Position numbers and translations under genes: made by a program | In this document: positions 16,544-25,705 of the stretch, piece by piece | Layout: every line of letters starts with the position of its first letter | How positions within the stretch are numbered: the stretch's first letter is position 1 | Notes under the pieces: generated by a model | Databases searched by the model: none | Told to the model about the DNA's origin: nothing | Seen by the model: only the letters and a program-made list of their open reading frames with translations | NCBI GenBank assembly: GCA_015491905.1 | Contig: WGGC01000066.1 | Location: 3,833 to 67,832 of the forward strand | DNA from: Bacteroidales bacterium | GTDB taxonomy: Bacteria; Bacteroidota; Bacteroidia; Bacteroidales; F082 | Direction of reading: 5' to 3' | Length of the DNA stretch: 64,000 bases

Positions 16544-17524
16544 TTATAAAGTAATCTGAACAGTCATCCCCGGACGTAAACCATGAATAGGCTGTACCGG
16601 TTTAAGCCTGACTTCAAAGGTTTTTAAATCATATTCTCCTTTTGCTTTGGTAGGTACCCAGGTAGCAAAGTTGGCCATAGATGCGAGATAATAAACTTTG
16701 AATCGAAAAGTCTTTCCGCCAATGCCGGGAACTTTTCCATTCAGGATATTCCCTTTTTTGAAATGGTTTAACCGGTCTTCTCTCACGTTGATAACAGCGT
16801 AAATTTTATCAGGACGCATAATAGTAAGTATCGGATATCCGGCTTTCATTACTTCGCCTTCTTCACCAATTTTTTCACTGATTTCACCGGAAACCGGAGC
16901 AATAATTTTCAACTGTTTGTAATAGGCTTGTGCCTCTTTATAAACCCCTGTTGCCGTCTCAAGTTTACCTTTTACAATTTGAAGATCCTCGTGTGTAGCC
17001 CCGTTTTTTGCCATCTGATAAGAGGATTGGGCTGCTTCCATTTGATTTTTTGCCGCGGTGTGTTTAAAATTCAGTTCATCCATCTCCTGTTTAGAGATAA
17101 TACTATCGGCATACAAAACCCGATATCTTTTATAGGTCTTATCGACAAATTCAAACTGGCTTCTGGCTATCAGGTACTGATTGCGTGCTGCATGGATCAG
17201 TTCTTCACGTGTACCTTTTTCAACTTTCTTCATCAGTGATTCAGTAGCCTCTTTTATGCCCTGGGCTTGTGTTAGTTTGGCATTCATAATATTTGCTTCG
17301 AGCGTAGCCAGTAATTGTCCTTTTTGAACATGATCACCTAAACCAACATATAGGCTGTCGATTCTTCCGGGAATCTCAGAAGAAACATCAACAGTTGGAG
17401 CTTCAAATGTTCCTGTAATAATGTTTTTAGGTTTTTGATTTTCTCTTGTAATCATCCATAAAAGGGCAATTAGCACAACCGCAACAGGAATGGATAGAGC
17501 AAGAATACTTTTGTTTTTTTTCAT
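16544..17524 (-). CDS. HlyD-family membrane fusion protein
   Basis: N-terminal TM, VSSEIPGRI...GDHVQKGQLL, coiled coil, IIAPVSGEI, FEVRLKP...LRPGMTV. Confidence 0.92.
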   Translation of the reverse strand: MKKNKSILALSIPVAVVLIALLWMITRENQKPKNIITGTFEAPTVDVSSEIPGRIDSLYVGLGDHVQKGQLLATLEANIMNAKLTQAQGIKEATESLMKKVEKGTREELIHAARNQYLIARSQFEFVDKTYKRYRVLYADSIISKQEMDELNFKHTAAKNQMEAAQSSYQMAKNGATHEDLQIVKGKLETATGVYKEAQAYYKQLKIIAPVSGEISEKIGEEGEVMKAGYPILTIMRPDKIYAVINVREDRLNHFKKGNILNGKVPGIGGKTFRFKVYYLASMANFATWVPTKAKGEYDLKTFEVRLKPVQPIHGLRPGMTVQITL

Positions 17525-17531
17525 GGTTTTA

Positions 17532-19022
17532 TTACTTATTGTTTTGATTATTACGACTTAAAATTTCAACAGCCTTTTCCGCCTGGCCGGTGGCAAGGTA
17601 AATGTCTGCCAAAGCCAGATTATAATTGTAAAGGCTGTGCAGGCGTTCAATACGGATTTTTTCATCTAGTAACCGGGCATCAATTACATCAATCGATTTT
17701 GAAAGTCCTTCCTGAAAACGTTTTTCAGTAATTTTCAGGTTCTCGGACGATAAAGCCAGTGTGGGTTTCATTTTCAGATAACGATCTTTAGCATCTAACG
17801 CTTTTCGGTACGACTGGTTTATCCACAAATCAATCTGTTCGTTTGCGTATTTTCGTGCATTGATAATTTGTTTTTGTAAGTGCCGGGTGGCTTTTATCCG
17901 GTTTATTTTTTTAAAGCCGTTAAATAAATTGATTTTTGCCTGAATACCAACGGAAACGGGTGGCATTATCACCGGATATTGATCCTGAAAAGCACTGTAT
18001 TCGCCCCATGCAGCTATTTGTGGGAGAAATGCCGAACGGTCAACTGCTTTTTTCTGTTTAACCATATTCTCCTGCTGATCAATGAGTTTAAAAACCGGCT
18101 GATACAGTTTTGCGTCTTGTTGCAGATTTTCAAGATTTAACGGCACAGCCATGAACTTTAAAGTATTTGTTAACGTAAGAGGAATGTCCGGTTTTAACCC
18201 CATATTTGTTTTTAATGCCATAAGCGCAAGCGATTGTTTGTTTTGATCATCCGATAAATCTCGTTCAGCATTGGCAACCGCCACTTTAGCACGCAAAAGC
18301 TCTTGTTTATTGATTATTCCAAGTTTGTAAGCCTTTTCGGCCTGGCTTTCATGCTTTCGCATTCCTCCTAAAACATTTAGCCTTGTTTTAACTACTTGTT
18401 TAAGTAATGCAACAGCATAATAGTTTTTAATGGTTTCGCGAGTTAATTTGTTTTCAACTTCTTTTAATTCTAGTCGTGCGCTTTCCGCATCAGCCCTGGC
18501 AAAACGTAAACTTGCTGTGATTTTTCCTCCCGAATAAATAGGCTGGATAGCTGTTATGTTCAGGTTGGGATATTCCTGTTTGTCGATAACAATATTCGAT
18601 AGGGGCATCTTGCTTAATGTCTGCATGAGGCTGCCAAGAATCGGAAGCATGTTCGCCGGAACAGCACCACCTTGTGCTAATGCCTGACTAATCTGTTGCA
18701 TATTTTCATTTAACGAATTTTTTATTGGGCTCATATTTATTTCAGGGTTTCTGTTCAAATAAGTGTAACCAGCATTGGCATTAATACTTGGAAAGTAATT
18801 TCCTTTGGCCGCTTTTATCAAATATTCTTTTTGCCGTACGATCTGGCGATACTGGTTCACCTGACTATTGTTGTTCAACGCACTATCTACTGCTGCCTGA
18901 AGGTTTATTGTCAGAGGGGTGTTCTGTGCAATAAGTGGCGGTATCCCTAAAAAGCTGATAAGTAGAAAAAATGCGCATAAAACACATGCCCGTGAATGAA
19001 ATTTTGCTTTTGTCTGGTTCAT
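17532..19022 (-). CDS. TolC-family outer membrane efflux protein
   Basis: Signal peptide; AVDSALNNN, YFPSINANA, QPIYSGGK, FQEGLSKSIDVIDAR. Confidence 0.9.
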   Translation of the reverse strand: MNQTKAKFHSRACVLCAFFLLISFLGIPPLIAQNTPLTINLQAAVDSALNNNSQVNQYRQIVRQKEYLIKAAKGNYFPSINANAGYTYLNRNPEINMSPIKNSLNENMQQISQALAQGGAVPANMLPILGSLMQTLSKMPLSNIVIDKQEYPNLNITAIQPIYSGGKITASLRFARADAESARLELKEVENKLTRETIKNYYAVALLKQVVKTRLNVLGGMRKHESQAEKAYKLGIINKQELLRAKVAVANAERDLSDDQNKQSLALMALKTNMGLKPDIPLTLTNTLKFMAVPLNLENLQQDAKLYQPVFKLIDQQENMVKQKKAVDRSAFLPQIAAWGEYSAFQDQYPVIMPPVSVGIQAKINLFNGFKKINRIKATRHLQKQIINARKYANEQIDLWINQSYRKALDAKDRYLKMKPTLALSSENLKITEKRFQEGLSKSIDVIDARLLDEKIRIERLHSLYNYNLALADIYLATGQAEKAVEILSRNNQNNK

Positions 19023-19428
19023 AATTTTACGATTATTAATTTCGTTATAATGGCTCTCGTTTTAGCAAAAAACATGCCAAATAGATTAACTAGACTAAAA
19101 ATGTTTTATGGTCAGTATTAGAATTAAAGTTTTATTAAAATGGCGCATGGATTTATTATGCAGTCCAGATACAATTATCCTCTTATGTTGGCGCCTAAAA
19201 GTTAACAAGATGAAAGTCTCGTCAAGTCAAGATAATTTCAGGATGACTAGTTATAACTACAAACCGATATAGTTGATTATTTTTTTTATAATCGTTATGT
19301 CATATCTTAAAAAATTAGTGCAATGCAACTGACAAAGGCTGGTATTAATGAAAAAACTGTCATAGTCAATTGACAAAATTACCGAATTAAACTAAATTAG
19401 TTTATTGGTCAATAATAATTTTTATGTT

Positions 19429-20007
19429 TTATGCAGCCATTCCTTTTATGAGGATATTTATAAGGTCGTCGAAGTGCGGGCTTAGGCTGTCATATTTATT
19501 TTGAAGAAAGAACGGGATTTCCAATCCTTTTAGTACCATAATAAAAACATCCAGTAACACATCAATTTTTTCACTTTGATCGGCAAAGAAACCTGCTTCA
19601 ATTCCTTGTTTAATAATATTTTTAAGTTGTTCCTTTTCCCAATGATCCAAATCTATTCGCAGTTGATCTACAAATTCAAAGTGTTCGAAAAAATCAGCCT
19701 TCAGTGTTTCGTGATAATTGGATGCTTTGTACAAAATAGACATACGTGTCAATAAATATTTTTTAATCTTTTCTTTTGCATTTAGTTTAGGATCGGTAAC
19801 AACCATTGCCAGTTCTTTTTTGAGATTTTTTAATTCAAGAGCTACTACTTCCGTAAACAGTTCTTCCTTACTGGCAAAATGATAATAAAGTGAGCCTTTG
19901 GCCTTATGTGCCGTACGTGCAATTTCATCCATAGAAGTTTTGTAAAAGCCATAACGACTGAATATCCGGGAGGCCACACTAAGTATTTTTTCTTTTGTAT
20001 TATCCAC
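19429..20007 (-). CDS. TetR/AcrR-family transcriptional regulator
   Basis: GFYKTSMDEIARTAHKAKGSLYYHFASKEELF HTH; GTG start; TATATTTG -7 element at 20061-20068 (minus strand). Confidence 0.93.
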   Translation of the reverse strand: MDNTKEKILSVASRIFSRYGFYKTSMDEIARTAHKAKGSLYYHFASKEELFTEVVALELKNLKKELAMVVTDPKLNAKEKIKKYLLTRMSILYKASNYHETLKADFFEHFEFVDQLRIDLDHWEKEQLKNIIKQGIEAGFFADQSEKIDVLLDVFIMVLKGLEIPFFLQNKYDSLSPHFDDLINILIKGMAA

Positions 20008-20224
20008 TGATGGTTTGTTAAAGTTACTTTTTCAGGAATGATTAATATTGTTTTGCAGGTCAAATATAAATATATTTATTATAGTTTCGTTTCTTAAGGA
20101 ATCATTTATATTGTTTTTCCTTAACTTAAGCAGGAACTCATCTTGTTCTAATAATACAGGCATAACACATTTTCATGTTTGGTGTTGGGTTCTTACAGAA
20201 TAATATACTATTTTATTCAATTGT

Positions 20225-20522
20225 ATTCCTGTTATGGCCATTACCGTAAGCCCGGAATACAGGCTTTATACATATTAGTTGTGAACGAACGCAGGACAGG
20301 GGTGATGTTACCAGCTATTATTTGTGTTTTATGTTTGGTTCTGTTTTACGGCTTCGTGTAACCTGCTTTTGTTATGGATTCTTTGAATTCTGCCAGTTTT
20401 GCAATCTGTTTTAGGTACTCGTTAAGCTTCTGGTTGCTTATTATCGGGGGTAAATCACCGTTTCTCAAAAAGTTAATAAAGCCATCGTAAAAGTCTAAAT
20501 CAACATCTTTAAAATCAATATC
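20225..20522 (-). pseudogene. Internally deleted, frameshifted tyrosine integrase paralogous to 9606-10883
   Basis: Hand translation DIDFKDVDLDFYDGFINFL|RNGDLPPIISNQKLNEYLKQIAKLAEFKESITK...RSFTTNMYKA.../TVMAITG versus intact IDFKDIDLDFYNDFIKYL...ISNQKFNEYLK...RSFATNMYKA...IMAVTG. Confidence 0.85.
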
Positions 20523-20564
20523 ACAAGTTTAAAATTCGGGTGTAAAGAATGTGCAATATGTGTT

Positions 20565-20612
20565 TGTAAAACAAAAGGTTACAAAATTTAATTTGTAACC
20601 TTTTGTTTTACA
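20565..20612 (-). terminator. 21-bp perfect inverted repeat, terminator of tRNA-Lys
   Basis: TGTAAAACAAAAGGTTACAAA / TTTGTAACCTTTTGTTTTACA with a 6-nt loop, abutting the tRNA 3' end. Confidence 0.75.
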
Positions 20613-20613
20613 G

Positions 20614-20686
<73 letters not shown>

Positions 20687-20939
20687 AAATATACTTTTGA
20701 AAAGAACTAATTCTTTTAAGAGAGTTGGCAAAAGTAAGAATTTTTTAGATTTTAAGACTAAATATATTTTGTATTTTTATTTTCTGATTTTATATGTACC
20801 GGCATTTTGCTTATTACATCTTTTGACCCTAAAAAATAATGTACTTTTGTGTCAAGATAGTATTTTATTGGTTTATAATTTCATATTTTAATTGATTATT
20901 TGTAGTTAACCATATATTCTTTTTTATAAAAAATATCCT

Positions 20940-22031
20940 GTGGCAACAAAAAAAAATAAATCGGCATTAAAAATACAACCGGGTATTGATAAACCCGGCA
21001 TGATAAATCCTTCGTTACAGAATAAGATAAATAACTTAAAAAAGGAAAAACCTAATGTGGACATTCTTTTTAACGGTATTAAAAGTGGTGATCGTACTTT
21101 ACTAAGCCGTGCAATTACTCTTATTGAAAGTAAACTTCCGGAAGACAGGAAAGCTGCAAATGAACTGATAAAAAGGTGTCTCCCATATTCCGGAAAATCT
21201 TTCCGAATTGGAATAACAGGTACTCCGGGTGCAGGAAAAAGTACATTTATAGAATCTTTTGGATTATATCTGATTGAAAAAGGGAATAATATTGCTGTAC
21301 TTGCCATTGACCCAACCAGCTCACGTACTAAGGGTAGTATTCTTGGTGACAAAACCCGTATGGAGTCTTTAAGCGTCAGTAAAAATGCTTTTATCCGGCC
21401 TTCTGCCAGCGGAGGAAGTCTGGGCGGAGTATCAAGAAGTACCAGAGAAAGTATAATTTTATGTGAGGCGGCAGGGTTTAATATAATTTTTGTTGAAACG
21501 GTTGGGGTTGGTCAATCTGAAACAGAGGTTTCTAAAATGGTTGATTTCTTTTTGCTGTTGATGATTACCGGTGCCGGTGATGAGCTACAAGGAATAAAAA
21601 GAGGAATTATGGAGATGGCTGATATGATTGTTATAAACAAAGCTGATGGAGAAAACCTAAATAAAGCAATCCAAACAAGTTCTCAGTATAAAAAGGCTAT
21701 TCATCTTTTTCCTGCTTCTCCAAGTGGTTGGAAGCCGGATGTAATTACAGTATCATCATTATACCATAAAGGGTTAAACAATTTGTGGAATCATATTGAA
21801 AAATATCAAAAAATCACTTTGCAAAATGGTTTTTTTAAGAAAAATAGAATTCAACAGCTTCTTTATGTTTTTGAAGAAACTTTGCAACAAGGTGTTTTTG
21901 AACATTTTTTTAATCAGCAAAAAATTAAAAAACAAATTGAGGATATTAAATCCAAAATTCTTAATGGAGAAACTTCTCCTTATGAGGCAGCAGAATTATT
22001 ATTAGAGATTATTTTTAAAGAAAAAAAATAA
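20940..22031 (+). CDS. meaB: Methylmalonyl-CoA mutase-associated GTPase
   Basis: GITGTPGAGKST, AVLAIDPTS, GSILGDKTRM, VETVGVGQSE, GDELQGIKRGIME, INKAD. Confidence 0.95.
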   Translation: MATKKNKSALKIQPGIDKPGMINPSLQNKINNLKKEKPNVDILFNGIKSGDRTLLSRAITLIESKLPEDRKAANELIKRCLPYSGKSFRIGITGTPGAGKSTFIESFGLYLIEKGNNIAVLAIDPTSSRTKGSILGDKTRMESLSVSKNAFIRPSASGGSLGGVSRSTRESIILCEAAGFNIIFVETVGVGQSETEVSKMVDFFLLLMITGAGDELQGIKRGIMEMADMIVINKADGENLNKAIQTSSQYKKAIHLFPASPSGWKPDVITVSSLYHKGLNNLWNHIEKYQKITLQNGFFKKNRIQQLLYVFEETLQQGVFEHFFNQQKIKKQIEDIKSKILNGETSPYEAAELLLEIIFKEKK

Positions 22032-22034
22032 ATT

Positions 22035-22466
22035 ATGGAGTATTGTTATAAATATCCCCGACCGGCAGTAACTGTTGACATGGTGATTTTCCGTAATAAT
22101 GAAAATGGCGAACGGGAAGTCTTATTAATTAAAAGGAAAAATATTCCCTTTAAAGGCAGCTGGGCAATTCCCGGTGGATTTGTTAATATGGAGGAGACAT
22201 TATTACAATCTGCCGAAAGAGAATTAGCAGAAGAAACCGGTTTAAAAGGTATTTCACTTTATCAATTTTATACTTTTGGAGATCCCGGTCGCGATCCTCG
22301 TGGGAGAACTATTTCAGTTGCATTTTGGGGGTATTGCGATGAAAACAAAACTGTAAAAGCCGGTGATGATGCTTCTGAGACAAAATGGTTCTCTTTAAAA
22401 AGGCTTCCTAAGATGGCTTTTGATCATGATTTGATATTAAAGAAAGCATTAGAAGAAATACCATAA
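22035..22466 (+). CDS. NUDIX hydrolase (ADP-ribose pyrophosphatase-like)
   Basis: Nudix box PGGFVNMEETLLQSAERELAEETG; RDPRGRTIS; MAFDH. Confidence 0.9.
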   Translation: MEYCYKYPRPAVTVDMVIFRNNENGEREVLLIKRKNIPFKGSWAIPGGFVNMEETLLQSAERELAEETGLKGISLYQFYTFGDPGRDPRGRTISVAFWGYCDENKTVKAGDDASETKWFSLKRLPKMAFDHDLILKKALEEIP

Positions 22467-22559
22467 ACTTTTAATAAAGTTGTTATTAATCAATTATTTT
22501 AACAGGTTTCTCATATTAAAATAATTTTTATTTTTAGCATTCATCGAGTAATAAATTTC

Positions 22560-24068
22560 ATGATAAAAAAATATTCATTTCTGTTTTTATTATTTTTAGT
22601 TTCTTTACAGGGATATACACAGGATTTTACAAAAATTAAAACCGGATTTAAAGGGGTAATGGATCCCGTAATGGCATGGATTATTCCTAATGAGGGAAAG
22701 TCGAAGGCATTTTTGGCCGGCGATTATTTTGTTGATAATAATAAATTTATCATTTCACAGTTAAATCAATATCATTCAGTTAATTTATTTAAAACTGTTT
22801 CCACTCCTTTTCCTGCTTTGTACCAAGGCGATGCTGCAGTTGCAGATTATAATAATGATGGTTTACCGGATGTAGTTATAACAGGGCTTAACAGATACGG
22901 TGTTCCTGTTGTGAATTTATATAAAAACATGGGCCATAATCATTTTATTCAAGTTCCCGGGCCTTTTAAAGGTCTTTCAAATGGTACTATAGAGTGGGGA
23001 GATTATGACCATGATGGTGATATGGATATATTAACTACAGGTAAAAATATTAAAAATCAGCTTGAAACTATAATTTATAAAAATAACAATGGTAAATTTA
23101 GTATTATTTATCCGGATATTCCTGGAGTATACTATGGTTGTGCCAGGTGGGGAGATGTTAATGGTAATGGATGGCTGGATATTTTAATTATGGGGAATAA
23201 TGGAAAGGGCCCTTTTACGGCTTTATTCATTAATGATAAAGGAAAATATCATAAATTTTTTGAAAGTTTTGTGCCTCTTTCAAATGGCGATGCAGTATGG
23301 GCAGATTTTGATGGTGACGGTGATTTGGATTTCTTTATTACAGGAGAAAATACTGATGGCTATCCGCAATGTCTTATATATTCAAACGAAACAATGAGTA
23401 ATTATTTTAAACCTGTTTCCGTTTCTGTCCGTCCGTTAAAAAATGGAACTGTCGATGTTGGTGATTTTGATAAGGATGGTGATGCAGATTTATTAATTAC
23501 CGGCGAATCACTCGAAAGGCCTTATACTTTAGTTTATGAAAATAAAATGACCTTCGACTTTAAAAATATAAATGCAGGATTACCGGGGGTTGCAAATGGA
23601 AATGCATTATGGGGAGATTATGACCATGATGGAGATATGGATATTCTTCTTTCGGGAATAGATGTTTGTTATAAATTTCATGGAGATATTTTTAAGAATA
23701 ATTTGAATCCTCCAAAAGGAAAAAAGGAAACCGGTACCAGCATTTTTATTAATGCACCTACACCTCTTTATAATATGGGCCCTTATTACTATTATGTATT
23801 CTCATCTTGTTTTTGTGATCCTACAGGAGGTGACAATTTAAGCTATAATATGTACATTAGCAATGTGCACCTACTGAAAAAGAAATATCAGTTAAATTAT
23901 AAATTTAATGACATATTGATTAAAACCGTACCAAACTGGACACGTGTTGACAGGGGTCACAGAACCTCAAATGGATTTTTAACAAAAAAAGAAGCTGAAA
24001 AATCCAGAAAACAAGTTATTGAATCATATAAAGTAACAGGATTTAAGGTGCATTTTATTAACTGGTAA
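22560..24068 (+). CDS. Secreted FG-GAP/VCBS-repeat beta-propeller protein with unassigned C-terminal domain
   Basis: Signal peptide; repeated DxDxDGDxD loops (DYNNDGLPD, DYDHDGDMD, DVNGNGWLD, DFDGDGDLD, DFDKDGDAD). Confidence 0.8.
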   Translation: MIKKYSFLFLLFLVSLQGYTQDFTKIKTGFKGVMDPVMAWIIPNEGKSKAFLAGDYFVDNNKFIISQLNQYHSVNLFKTVSTPFPALYQGDAAVADYNNDGLPDVVITGLNRYGVPVVNLYKNMGHNHFIQVPGPFKGLSNGTIEWGDYDHDGDMDILTTGKNIKNQLETIIYKNNNGKFSIIYPDIPGVYYGCARWGDVNGNGWLDILIMGNNGKGPFTALFINDKGKYHKFFESFVPLSNGDAVWADFDGDGDLDFFITGENTDGYPQCLIYSNETMSNYFKPVSVSVRPLKNGTVDVGDFDKDGDADLLITGESLERPYTLVYENKMTFDFKNINAGLPGVANGNALWGDYDHDGDMDILLSGIDVCYKFHGDIFKNNLNPPKGKKETGTSIFINAPTPLYNMGPYYYYVFSSCFCDPTGGDNLSYNMYISNVHLLKKKYQLNYKFNDILIKTVPNWTRVDRGHRTSNGFLTKKEAEKSRKQVIESYKVTGFKVHFINW

Positions 24069-24277
24069 TTTAAATAAGCCTTTTTATATATATTTTTATT
24101 ATATAGTTTAGAATAATAATAAATTTCACATAAATATTAAAATTCAAAGATTCATTACCTTTCCTGTAAGCATTTATTGGTAAATTTGTTTTTAACGAAG
24201 GGTTCCGTGATATATTATTTCAGAATTGGAAAAAAGAGAATGTTTAAAACAAATTAATTACTAAAAAATTATTGATA

Positions 24278-25573
24278 ATGTCGTATATTGAATTAATTAA
24301 CATTACATTGGTAACAGTTGTTACTTTGGGTTTTATTGCATTTATAATTAGCGACAGAATTAACATTTCATACATTCCTTTACTTATTATTCTTGGGTTA
24401 TTATTTGGCCCTACATTTGGTTTTATAGAAAGAAAAGAAGCACAGCATGTTTTTGATTATGCTAGGGTATTTGGTTTGGTGATGATTCTTTATGCTGAGG
24501 GACATAATTTAAAATGGAAACTAATTAAAAAACATCTTCTAACGATTGGTTTACTTGATACTGTAGGTTTATTTATTACTGCAATTATTGGCGGATATAT
24601 GTTTTCATTACTTTTTCATTTGCCATTTGCTGCCGGTTTTTTATTTGGTGCAATTATTTCTGCTACCGACCCTGCCACTCTTATCCCTTTATTTAAACAA
24701 AATAAAGTAGATGAAAATATCAGGACGGTTATTGTAACCGAATCAATATTTAATGATCCGTTGGGAATTGTTTTAACTGTCCTTGCGGTAGCCCTGGTTG
24801 TACCTCAAGCTACGGAAGCGCATTTGGTAGAAGAAATTGCCCGTTATACCACTTTGTATCCTGCTGCCGTAATATTTTTTCTGTATGAAATTATTTCTTC
24901 TGTTCTTATAGGAGTAATTATGGGGTTTATAGGGTATTGGATTGTTAAAAAACTAAAACCCGGATTATTTCCTCAAATCTTTGGCCTTGCAATGGCTTAT
25001 GGTGGCTTTTTGGTTGGAGAGTATGTTCAAACATCCGGATATTTAGTTGCTACTACCATTGGAATTGTTTTTGGTAATTATAATCAAATTTTTAAGAAAA
25101 TTGAAAAAAATCCTGTTTTTGAAGGATTTGTAGAAAAAGAACTTGATTTTAATGAGAAACTGGCAGACCTGGCTACGGTATTTATTTTTATTCTTATAGG
25201 TGCAAGTATGAGCCTTTCTGTTTTGGGAAAAACATTTATTAAAGGGTCAATATTGGCTCTGGGAATTGTTTTTATTGCAAGGCCCATTGCAGGATTAATG
25301 TTACTCCCGTTGAAAAGGTGGTCTTTTAAGCAATATTTATTTATTTCACTGGAAGGGCCGCGTGGGGTTGTCCCTTCTGCTTTGGCAGGGTTGCCTCTAA
25401 GCCTGGGATTAATGTATCACGATCCAAAACTTACCGGTTGGGGTGAAATTATTCTTTCCGCTACAATTCTTACAGTGCTAATTTCTGTATTAGCAGAAAC
25501 TCTTTGGGTAAAACCTCTTTCTCAACGACTTCTTAGAAATAAAAAGAACGATGAAACGGCCATGATTGAATAA
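24278..25573 (+). CDS. nhaP: CPA1/NhaP-type Na+(K+)/H+ antiporter
   Basis: ATDPA, ESIFNDPLGIV, LEGPRGVVPSALA motifs; multiple TM helices. ORF track starts at TTG 24272. Confidence 0.9.
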   Translation: MSYIELINITLVTVVTLGFIAFIISDRINISYIPLLIILGLLFGPTFGFIERKEAQHVFDYARVFGLVMILYAEGHNLKWKLIKKHLLTIGLLDTVGLFITAIIGGYMFSLLFHLPFAAGFLFGAIISATDPATLIPLFKQNKVDENIRTVIVTESIFNDPLGIVLTVLAVALVVPQATEAHLVEEIARYTTLYPAAVIFFLYEIISSVLIGVIMGFIGYWIVKKLKPGLFPQIFGLAMAYGGFLVGEYVQTSGYLVATTIGIVFGNYNQIFKKIEKNPVFEGFVEKELDFNEKLADLATVFIFILIGASMSLSVLGKTFIKGSILALGIVFIARPIAGLMLLPLKRWSFKQYLFISLEGPRGVVPSALAGLPLSLGLMYHDPKLTGWGEIILSATILTVLISVLAETLWVKPLSQRLLRNKKNDETAMIE

Positions 25574-25705
25574 TTATCAAATTACATTCACCCTGTGAAA
25601 TAGCAAAAATTTAACAGGGCAGGGAAAATGATTATTTAATTATGGTAAATTAAATATAAACCATGAAAATCATATTAAGGCTAAGTAATAACAAATAACC
25701 ATCTT

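Noticed and set aside
20530-20612. Right att copy or sister arm sites (TTGTAACC) beyond the integrase remnant
   Set aside because: No GTCCTGGTGAGGC core is present; TTGTAACC is part of the tRNA-Lys terminator inverted repeat, not a 12-bp tandem.
22560-24068. T9SS cargo call for the FG-GAP protein
   Set aside because: C-terminus lacks the YPNP / G.Y / K....K type-A CTD pattern.
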